Under the pieces are notes generated by a model. It was not told where the DNA came from. It saw only the letters and a list, made by a program, of their open reading frames with translations, and made no database searches. DNA of 64,000 nucleotides from a virus. Positions 56,733 through 64,000 of the stretch are shown piece after piece; position 1 is the stretch's first letter, and each line of letters begins with the position of its first letter. The stretch lies in the IMG/VR virus record IMGVR_UViG_3300032132_000754, positions 104,117 through 168,116 of that record; one strand, 5' to 3'. The position numbers and the translations under genes are program-made.

Positions 56733-57153
56733 CTGGAGAGTAATAACTTCCACAAACAAAACCGCCGCTTGGGTTAGCGTAGCCAGAGTTTATAGTCTTG
56801 TTTGGTTTTGAATTTAAATTTTGATAGCCATATTGGCTTGTGGTCTGAAGAGTAACGCTATATCCAGGCGATGCTTGGTAACCATAAAGCATCAGACTAT
56901 CATCTTCGTAAAGAGTTGGGCTAATGAGGTATCCACGGATCTTATTGAGGCTTTTGGAGTCGTATAGGTCGACTTCAACGCGCTCTGGTCCTAGAAAGAC
57001 TTTGGTCTCGTGGTCGAAGAAAAGGCGTTTCATGCCCTTTTCTTTCATCTGTACTATCATCGCGCCCTGCGTGTCCTTTGTGGCTTCACGCGTGGTCATG
57101 ATGCGGTGTCCGGTATTAAACGCTAGGTCCTGTAAGACGTCTACTATGTCCAT
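56722..57153 (-). CDS. DPxS-family small protein
   Basis: EVDLYDSKSLNKIRGYL. Confidence 0.65.
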   Translation of the reverse strand: MDIVDVLQDLAFNTGHRIMTTREATKDTQGAMIVQMKEKGMKRLFFDHETKVFLGPERVEVDLYDSKSLNKIRGYLISPTLYEDDSLMLYGYQASPGYSVTLQTTSQYGYQNLNSKPNKTINSGYANPSGGFVCGSYYSPDDH

Positions 57154-57457
57154 TGATATCTAACTTCCCAATCCACTCTTTTAGTATATTTATCGATTGG
57201 GGGTCATGAAGATCAATCTCTGTACATTCTTCAATGTCAACAACGTCAGCATCTAAAGGATCGGGCGTTGGGCCGTTAATTAGATAAACATTGAGGGTGG
57301 TGCCATCGACAGAGTAAATCGATATGATTTTACTTTCGTCTTTGTTTTCTAAAACAACGCTATCGTTTTCAAAATAAGCATATTTAGCCAACCCAAGCTC
57401 ACTAATTAAAGCAATGACGCATTTCGAGGCGTCATCAATATTAGTTAGACCGTCCAT
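57116..57457 (-). CDS. DPxS-family small protein
   Basis: EIDLHDPQSINILKEWI. Confidence 0.7.
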   Translation of the reverse strand: MDGLTNIDDASKCVIALISELGLAKYAYFENDSVVLENKDESKIISIYSVDGTTLNVYLINGPTPDPLDADVVDIEECTEIDLHDPQSINILKEWIGKLDINGHSRRLTGPSV

Positions 57458-57731
57458 TGCCGTTCTCCAATATCGTCTGAAATTTATCTAAACTAGCTGG
57501 GTCAGTAACGTCCATATCAGTAATGACATCGCCTTCTCCAACATATTTTATCTTAGTTTCAGATACAAAAAACATCCGTACACCACTTAAAACGGGGAAT
57601 CCAGCTTTTATAAACATTACCGACTTTTTGGCGTTGGAGTCGGCGTAATGTTCTGGTGGACGTATCGCCCCGCTACATTCAACAAAACCATGTTCAAGGG
57701 CAAGCTCAATGAGCAGTGACTTTAAGTCCAT
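57441..57731 (-). CDS. DPxS-family small protein
   Basis: DMDVTDPASLDKFQTIL. Confidence 0.7.
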   Translation of the reverse strand: MDLKSLLIELALEHGFVECSGAIRPPEHYADSNAKKSVMFIKAGFPVLSGVRMFFVSETKIKYVGEGDVITDMDVTDPASLDKFQTILENGNGRSN

Positions 57732-58008
57732 TTATGAAATTCTCAAGGGCTAAATTTATTTTATCAAAACATTGCGGGTCAGCTATGCGAGCAAGCTCTA
57801 CCTTAGGACCTTTGTTTACATAGATATATACGAAGCTATCATCATGTGTCAATTGAATCGATTGCTTAGGATTTTCCCAAATTGGACGATCAAAAGTCCT
57901 AATGATAATAGTTCTATCTCTTTTAACACGAACCAAATCATGTTTCTGGAGCCAGTAAGACATACCAAACTGTTTAAAGTGCTCTTCTAACAAATCAAGA
58001 AACGTCAC
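57706..58008 (-). CDS. DPxS-family small protein
   Basis: ARIADPQCFDKINLAL; GTG start 58008 supported by GTATCTTA-N5. Confidence 0.7.
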   Translation of the reverse strand: MTFLDLLEEHFKQFGMSYWLQKHDLVRVKRDRTIIIRTFDRPIWENPKQSIQLTHDDSFVYIYVNKGPKVELARIADPQCFDKINLALENFINGLKVTAH

Positions 58009-58013
58009 GTATA

Positions 58014-58033
58014 TAAGATACAAGATAAAAATA
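58014..58033. promoter_or_regulatory. Back-to-back class E (-) and class L (+) motifs
   Basis: GTATCTTA-TATAC-GTG (-) and TAAAAATA-ATAT-ATG (+). Confidence 0.6.
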
Positions 58034-58037
58034 ATAT

Positions 58038-58469
58038 ATGAAACTCAACATGATTAACGAAGCAGGAAGTCTAGGGTCTATCACGCACGATAGGGCCGTT
58101 GTGGGGACTCCACTCTATACTAGTCCAGAAGCTGTCAGATTAGGCATGAAAGGGACTCCAAGGCCGCCGAGCAAGCTTGGTAGAAAACCACTTCCTCGAT
58201 TTAAATATCTAGATCGAGATGAGTGGACTGAATGGACAGGAGACCCAGAAACTATGGTCCATGGAGTCCTACAACATTTTGATACTAAAATGACGTGGAT
58301 GCAAATTTGGCATAAGATTAAACCAGAACTTGTAAGAATGCAATCTAAAGATTCTCGTTTTGAAGTCCCATCATATAACCAAACGAAAAGTGCTTTAAAG
58401 CAACTAATACAGAGAAAAGTCATAAGATCAACAGCTATAGGCGACAAACTGGCTTTTGAGTTAATTTAA
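58038..58469 (+). CDS. Protein with MKLNMINE N-terminus and winged-helix-like C-terminus
   Basis: MTWMQIWH..SYNQTKSALKQLIQRKVI. Confidence 0.65.
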   Translation: MKLNMINEAGSLGSITHDRAVVGTPLYTSPEAVRLGMKGTPRPPSKLGRKPLPRFKYLDRDEWTEWTGDPETMVHGVLQHFDTKMTWMQIWHKIKPELVRMQSKDSRFEVPSYNQTKSALKQLIQRKVIRSTAIGDKLAFELI

Positions 58470-58879
58470 AATCTCTTACCGGCTCCATCTATATCCCAAT
58501 CGCCATCTAATTCAATTCGGCCAGTAACAAACCCTAGACAAAGTTCGCGTTCCTGACGCCGACGGACATATCGGCTGTTGCTAAAATCCCAACGTGGACC
58601 ACGCTGACGCGGCTGTCCTTTTTTAGACTTCCCTCGCCTCCCAAGAGTTTGGTGACAGCGATGACGACCGATCATAGCTTCATTGGGGCCCCAGGCGCAA
58701 TCCATCGTGCCAAGCTGCCAATTATACCATCCGATATCACATCTGGATAATAGCCTAGCGCCCCAAGCGAATTTGCCTTCATTAGGCTTTAATAAGTCGC
58801 GGTCTTCCCATTTACCTTGTTTTAATTTCAATCTCTTTTTAGCAACGAGATTCGCTTTTATTAGCCGCTCCCCTCTCAT
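58466..58879 (-). CDS. Arg-rich hypothetical protein
   Basis: ATGA-coupled start at 58879. Confidence 0.6.
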   Translation of the reverse strand: MRGERLIKANLVAKKRLKLKQGKWEDRDLLKPNEGKFAWGARLLSRCDIGWYNWQLGTMDCAWGPNEAMIGRHRCHQTLGRRGKSKKGQPRQRGPRWDFSNSRYVRRRQERELCLGFVTGRIELDGDWDIDGAGKRF

Positions 58880-59286
58880 AATGAATCTCTCCAACGTTTG
58901 CCAGGTTTTTTCTTAGCAAATTCTTTAAACCATACTTCGACGTCATCGTAAAGAGTTGGACTAGCTAAACCGAATTTCTTAATTGCTACGCCCCAACCTG
59001 GCGAATTGATATAAAACAGCCATTTATCTGACTTAATTGCCGGAATTTTTAGGCCACCCCAAATAAATCTCTTACTTGTTTTGTAGTAACGCCAAATTAT
59101 CCCACCAGACATGGGCCTCTTGCGCGTGCGGGAAACACCATTTAACAGCCTATAGCCGATTTGCTCCTCATATTCTTGTTGAAAATGATGGTCTACAATG
59201 ACTAATTTTTTGTCGGAAGACGGAGAGAAATGCTCAACGAAATCTTCAAATAGCATCTCGTTGAGTGCGTCGTCTAAGGCGGTCAT
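58876..59286 (-). CDS. DPxS-family small protein (divergent)
   Basis: KFGLASPTLYDDVEVWF. Confidence 0.6.
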   Translation of the reverse strand: MTALDDALNEMLFEDFVEHFSPSSDKKLVIVDHHFQQEYEEQIGYRLLNGVSRTRKRPMSGGIIWRYYKTSKRFIWGGLKIPAIKSDKWLFYINSPGWGVAIKKFGLASPTLYDDVEVWFKEFAKKKPGKRWRDSL

Positions 59287-59293
59287 TATTATT

Positions 59294-59731
59294 CTACAAC
59301 GTAAAAGGCTTAGTGTGTTCAGATTCGGATTTGATAAGAATAGCTGTTAGATTATCGAAACTATCTGGTGCATGAAAATCAATTCTACAGCGCCCTAAGA
59401 GGTATTTCTCTTCATGAATCATGTTTTCGACGGTTAAGATTGAGTTATCATCATCCTTGACGTTTTCTTGAAGATTTTTAAGCAGTTTTTTGGGGCCAGG
59501 CCATCTAGTATTTCTGTAGATGCTGTAGACATAATGTAAATGTTTTTCGTGGTCACGGTATAATGAGAAATATCGATTAATATATCGACCCCATACTCTG
59601 CCGCTGTAATCTATTTGAAAAGACATTGGTTGGCCAAACTGATCTGACGAAGCGTATTTCGACAATCGGGTTAAACCCATCTCGATGAAATACTCTGCCA
59701 ACAACTCTTCGAATTCTTGCCTAGAGGACAT
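59294..59731 (-). CDS. DPxS-family small protein
   Basis: RIDFHAPDSFDNLTAIL. Confidence 0.7.
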   Translation of the reverse strand: MSSRQEFEELLAEYFIEMGLTRLSKYASSDQFGQPMSFQIDYSGRVWGRYINRYFSLYRDHEKHLHYVYSIYRNTRWPGPKKLLKNLQENVKDDDNSILTVENMIHEEKYLLGRCRIDFHAPDSFDNLTAILIKSESEHTKPFTL

Positions 59732-59736
59732 AATTC

Positions 59737-59757
59737 TTATATACTAGACCAAATATA
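59737..59757. promoter_or_regulatory. Back-to-back class E (-) and class L (+) motifs
   Basis: GTATATAA-GAATT-ATG (-) and CAAATATA-AAAT-ATG (+) within a 30-bp gap. Confidence 0.6.
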
Positions 59758-59761
59758 AAAT

Positions 59762-60100
59762 ATGTACGAGTATAAAGCAATAGTGACCCATATTGTAGAC
59801 GGAGACACAATTGACGCCGACGTCGATCTCGGTTTCCATCTTACAGCCAAACTACGCCTGCGCTTCTCAAGGATCAACACTCCAGAGAGAGGAAAACCAG
59901 GCTTTACGGAAGCTACAGATAGAGTTAAAGAACTCATCCCTGTGGGGGCACTTATCCATATCACTACTTCAAAAACTGGTGGATTTGGACGATGGCTAGC
60001 AGAAATTAATTACTTCAACGATCAAGCTCCTATCCTTCCAATCAATTTGAACAACCAATTACTTCGTGAAGGCTACGCCGTTCCGTACGTGAGGAAATAA
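59762..60100 (+). CDS. Thermonuclease (SNase)-family nuclease
   Basis: IVDGDTID..DLGF..R..INTPE..FGRWLA..LN..L..GYA. Confidence 0.9.
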   Translation: MYEYKAIVTHIVDGDTIDADVDLGFHLTAKLRLRFSRINTPERGKPGFTEATDRVKELIPVGALIHITTSKTGGFGRWLAEINYFNDQAPILPINLNNQLLREGYAVPYVRK

Positions 60101-60102
60101 AC

Positions 60103-63063
60103 ATGTCTTTAATATTAATCGCTAAAGATTCAATAACTGGACAACCTACTGAAGCCAGCGATGATAATCCGATAACTATTCCATTAATTGGAGATGGTGG
60201 GGTTACTAAATTTGATGGAACGTTAGAAGCTATTAGCCCGATGACTATTCGTGGTCAGGCTGGCCAAGGAGCTAACAGCATCGGCGGTGTTATAAACGTA
60301 ATTGGCGGCATCGGTACCGGAACAGCTACAGGCGGTGCCGTAAACATCTTAGCAGGTACTACTGAATCAGGTCGTGGAGGGCAATTAGCTTTAGTAGGCG
60401 GCGACAGCGGCACCAACGATCATGCCGGTATTGTTATCATTCAGGGAGGCCAAGGTAATGCCGCAGGCTTCACTAGCGGCGGCGTACTTATCAATTCTGG
60501 TGTTGCGCATTCTGATGGTAGCTCTGGAAGTGTCCTTATTAGCACTAAGAGCGGAGGGGGCACATCAGGAAACTCAGGCAACGTCACAATTGATATTGGA
60601 GCAGCCCCAGGCGGCACACGTGGAACCCTTATCATCGGGCAGACATTACCTAAAATCACTTTCACTGGCGGTATTGGTAGTTCAATCAGTGTACTTGGCG
60701 TTGGCGTTAATAGTGAAATGTTTGGCGCTGGTGCTACTGGAATTGGCGCTGGTGCTACTGTTGTTGGCAATGGTGCTACTGGAAATGGAGGAGGTGGGGT
60801 TGCAGTAGGCAATAATGCAGCGTCTCTAAGCCCTGGCGGTATCGCAATTGGTACTTTAGCAACAACTGGTGGACAAAGCAGTATCTCTATTGGTGGTGGC
60901 GGTACATTATCAGGGCACGATTATTCAATTTGTATCGGTGACTTTGCCGCATCTTCAGCTGCAAACCAATTGATTATTGGCAGCAGTTTTCACAAAATCT
61001 TCCAAATGTTTATTGGGGCAGGCGTATCAGCGGCAACCACAGCCAATATGAGCATTAATTCTACTTCTGGAACCGGAGTTTTTGACGGCTCAGATTTAGA
61101 AATTGCAGCCGGAATCGCCCTAGGTTCTGGCGCAGATGGAGAACTAATTCTATCGGCCAGAGGCGGTTCAATCAATATAAATGAAGTTGGACAAGAGTCT
61201 CTCTCTACAACAGATTTTGGCGCTACTTCAATCATTGGTGCTCTAAATGAGTTGGCTTCAATATCAATGGCTGGTGTTGGCACTCTTGCTGCCACTCTTG
61301 CTGTTGGAAACACTACTAACGGAACTAACATTGTTCTATCCGCGCTCGATAATATCTCATCGACAAATGGCACTAACCAGCTATCATTAACAGCTGGTGT
61401 CGTGAATGTTCATCGTGAAACTGTCGCCAGTAACAACGTCGCCATGCAAATAATCAAAACCGCTAACAATACTGTTAGCGGCGTTGTTAATGTTATACAA
61501 ATCCAAGCCGCATCCTCTTCTGGTCTTCCTACTGCCGGGTTTGGATCTTCAATAGATTTCCTACTCGAAAGAGGATCTGGTGGTGGTAATAACCTTGCTG
61601 GTAGATTATCAGTTATTACAACTACTCCTCTAGGTGGTGGTAGCGCTGCATCCTATGTGGCTTTAAGTTCAATCGCTTCTGGTTCTGAGGTTGAATTTCT
61701 TAGAGCTGGTTATCTCGGAAATGTTTCCATTAGCGACGTGAATTTGGTTTGGGAAACGGATAACACCGCCGACATTGGTGCTACTGGCGCAACACGACCG
61801 CGTACAATTTATGCTGGAACTAGTGTTGTGGTCCCTAGTGTTGTGGCCACAACTAGTGTTACAATTGGCACTACTATAATCACACCAACTACTCTTACTA
61901 GCGTTTCAACATTTGCTATATTAGGAGGGCCTGGAACTGGCGGAGCCAGCCCTGGAGGCGATGGTAAAGCTGTTTCTATTACTGGCGGTGCTGGCGGGCA
62001 ATTAGGTGGTGCTGTTTCTCTTACGGGTGGTGCTGGTAATCAGAAGTCTGGCGGATCAGCATTTGTCACAGCTGGTGCAAGTACAAACTTCATCGGTGGT
62101 CAAGCCAGACTTAAAGGTGGAATGGGTGCTACCTTTGGTGGCGCTGCTACTGTAGAAGGTGGAACTGGTGCCTCCAATGGTGGATCAGTACAAATGTCTG
62201 GTGGATCATGCCTTGGCACTGGCCCTGGTGGTAGCGCTGGAATGTTTGGCGGATCTGGCAGGCTTACCGGCGCTGGCGGATTAGTCCAAATCATTGCTGG
62301 AAATGGTGGTGCAAGCGGAAGTGATACTGGCGCAGGTGGTGCCGCAACTTTCAAAGCCGGAAACGGTGCAACAGGATCCGGCGCTGGCGGCGTTATGATG
62401 ATTGCTTCTGGCAATGGATCTGTGGGCGGCGGTGCTGGAGGCGCTCTAAGCATTTTAGGTGGTGTTGCTGGTGGGTCTAATCAAGCCGGTGGAGCTATCA
62501 CTGTCCAAGCTGGGCATTCAACTGGAACAGGTTTAGCAGGCGCAATTAGCATTCTAGGAGGAAACAACCAGAGCGGCACCGTAGCAGGTGGAACAGTCAC
62601 TATTACTGGTGGCAACGCCTCATCCTCTTCAGCCGCAGCAGGTGGTGCAGTCGCTATCGCTGGTGGCGTTTCTGGTGATACCGATGCGAGTGTTGGTGGA
62701 GCAGTAACAATTTTTTCTGGTTCTAGTGCGGCTACTAACGGCGATAGTGGTGGTGTCACCATTGACGCTGGCGCTCCTACAGGATCTGGAACTGCAGGCG
62801 ATGTTGCTATCGCCGCCACAAATGCAGCGACTTTAGTTCTTGGTACAACTGGAACACTGATGAGTTTCTTCGGAGTAACAGCAGTGTCACAACAAACTGA
62901 TACTGTAGCGCTGACTGATAGTACAACAGGATCAGCAAACAATACCGTAGTGGACGTTGGAGCTAGCTTCAGCCAGGCTACACTAAATGATAACTTCGCG
63001 GACATAACCGCAAAGTATAACGCACTAAGAACAGTCCTCCGCAATCTAGGATTGATGGCTTAA
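60103..63063 (+). CDS. Long Gly-rich tail-fibre/adhesin protein
   Basis: Many GG.V.I.[AG]G repeats; YadA-head-like AIG/SIG repeats; C-terminal LRNLGLMA. Confidence 0.8.
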   Translation: MSLILIAKDSITGQPTEASDDNPITIPLIGDGGVTKFDGTLEAISPMTIRGQAGQGANSIGGVINVIGGIGTGTATGGAVNILAGTTESGRGGQLALVGGDSGTNDHAGIVIIQGGQGNAAGFTSGGVLINSGVAHSDGSSGSVLISTKSGGGTSGNSGNVTIDIGAAPGGTRGTLIIGQTLPKITFTGGIGSSISVLGVGVNSEMFGAGATGIGAGATVVGNGATGNGGGGVAVGNNAASLSPGGIAIGTLATTGGQSSISIGGGGTLSGHDYSICIGDFAASSAANQLIIGSSFHKIFQMFIGAGVSAATTANMSINSTSGTGVFDGSDLEIAAGIALGSGADGELILSARGGSININEVGQESLSTTDFGATSIIGALNELASISMAGVGTLAATLAVGNTTNGTNIVLSALDNISSTNGTNQLSLTAGVVNVHRETVASNNVAMQIIKTANNTVSGVVNVIQIQAASSSGLPTAGFGSSIDFLLERGSGGGNNLAGRLSVITTTPLGGGSAASYVALSSIASGSEVEFLRAGYLGNVSISDVNLVWETDNTADIGATGATRPRTIYAGTSVVVPSVVATTSVTIGTTIITPTTLTSVSTFAILGGPGTGGASPGGDGKAVSITGGAGGQLGGAVSLTGGAGNQKSGGSAFVTAGASTNFIGGQARLKGGMGATFGGAATVEGGTGASNGGSVQMSGGSCLGTGPGGSAGMFGGSGRLTGAGGLVQIIAGNGGASGSDTGAGGAATFKAGNGATGSGAGGVMMIASGNGSVGGGAGGALSILGGVAGGSNQAGGAITVQAGHSTGTGLAGAISILGGNNQSGTVAGGTVTITGGNASSSSAAAGGAVAIAGGVSGDTDASVGGAVTIFSGSSAATNGDSGGVTIDAGAPTGSGTAGDVAIAATNAATLVLGTTGTLMSFFGVTAVSQQTDTVALTDSTTGSANNTVVDVGASFSQATLNDNFADITAKYNALRTVLRNLGLMA

Positions 63064-63073
63064 GGAATAAAAT

Positions 63074-64000
63074 ATGAGTATTGTCCCAGGTCTATACGAC
63101 ATAGAATTGATCTTCGAAACCCTAAACGGAGGTGGAGTATCAACTATCGGCGGCGGAGCCCCATTCAACATCGACGGAAGCCTAAATGTTGGTTTAACCA
63201 CATCAGCAGTTGATACCGGCGATTTCGCAGCCAGTGACGGCACCAACTCAATGACCTACGACGCCTCTGTCGGGTCACTTCAGGTCCTCCTAGGCGCGGG
63301 AGGTGTCAACGGGGCCATGCACTTCGGTGTTGCCGGTGTCCAGCCGTTGAAATTCAACGGTCCCAGCTTTGTAGAAGGCCCGACGCAGACGATCATTGAG
63401 GGCATCAACCTCGATGCCTTCGGAATCAACATCGGCGGTTGGATGGGCTTAGGAGGTAGGCACACCGCTGGAGGAGTGACGAACTTCGGGTTCATCGGCG
63501 GCATCAAAGCTAACGCTACAGACGGCAACAATGCCGGGCACCTGGCATTCGCCACTAGACCGAACGCTTCAGTGCCGGTCACTCGCTGGCGCATGACCGA
63601 TGCCGGACACTTCATCGGTGAAACAGACAACACCTATGATTTTGGAGCATCCGGAGCTACACGCCCACGTTCTGGTTATTTTGGTACCGCACTAAATGTT
63701 GGAAATGGGATTACACCTAGCACAGACAACGGAGATATCGTCGCAGGTGACGGCACGCGCTCCATGGCCTGGGACGCGAGTGCTGGAAATTTACAACTCA
63801 TCAACGGAGGAGATTCCACCAGCATTAATCCAGGTGGTGGTGTTCCCTTGTTTGTCGTCAAGGAGGTATCCGGGGTCGCGATTGCGAACATGGTCACTTG
63901 GCGTCTGGCTAATTCAGCCGGAGCAGGCGTAGCTGGAATGGTTAACCGGCTACAGTGGCAAGGTGAGACGACGGCCAGTGGGTTCACTACGATGGGGATC
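63074..64000 (+). CDS. Tail-fibre protein (3'-truncated by window edge; absent from ORF track)
   Basis: AAGGA SD; open frame MSIVPGLYDIELIF...; ETDNTYDFGASGATRPR shared with upstream fibre. Confidence 0.75.
   Translation, partial: MSIVPGLYDIELIFETLNGGGVSTIGGGAPFNIDGSLNVGLTTSAVDTGDFAASDGTNSMTYDASVGSLQVLLGAGGVNGAMHFGVAGVQPLKFNGPSFVEGPTQTIIEGINLDAFGINIGGWMGLGGRHTAGGVTNFGFIGGIKANATDGNNAGHLAFATRPNASVPVTRWRMTDAGHFIGETDNTYDFGASGATRPRSGYFGTALNVGNGITPSTDNGDIVAGDGTRSMAWDASAGNLQLINGGDSTSINPGGGVPLFVVKEVSGVAIANMVTWRLANSAGAGVAGMVNRLQWQGETTASGFTTMGI

Noticed and set aside
60422-63987. Antisense and alternate-frame ORFs over the Gly-rich fibre genes (also at 21630-22628, 25557-26084 and 28727-29281)
   Set aside because: Shadow ORFs caused by repetitive, stop-poor codons; no independent motifs or start signals.
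1-64000. Alternative genetic code (stop-codon reassignment)
   Set aside because: Conserved enzymes are full length under code 11, and TAA, TAG and TGA all end genes at sensible, often coupled, positions.
1-64000. Cellular (bacterial) chromosome origin
   Set aside because: Housekeeping-like genes are interspersed with T4-like replication and fibre genes, with minimal intergenic DNA and shared phage-type upstream motifs.

Overview
Densely coding 64 kb segment (standard genetic code, frequent strand switches, almost no intergenic space) of a large T4-like/jumbo dsDNA phage. It contains: (1) a recombination/replication block (UvsY-like, gp32-like SSB, RNase H/5'-3' exonuclease, Holliday junction resolvase, HNH); (2) many putative virion/tail-fibre genes (collagen-like, Gly-rich); (3) host-like metabolic genes (add, map, def, thyA, folA, purB, nucS, gmd, fcl, HAD phosphomannomutase, two glycosyltransferases, four 2OG-Fe(II)/cupin oxygenases, Nudix, macro domain). 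I saw no tRNA, rRNA, CRISPR array or transposase. Patterns read from the sequence by eye: (a) an expanded family of about 12 divergent 96-157 aa proteins sharing a C-terminal [VI]D[LI]xDPxS[LF]-helix motif; (b) two upstream motifs at fixed spacing from start codons (YAAANATA-N4-ATG and GTA[TG]NTAA-like-N5-ATG), often back-to-back; (c) a shared MKL-x-L-x-x-E N-terminal tag on unrelated proteins, resembling a capsid-targeting peptide; (d) the parts of a phage-encoded collagen-fibre hydroxylation/glycosylation pathway. All assignments come from manual motif recognition; no searches were run.
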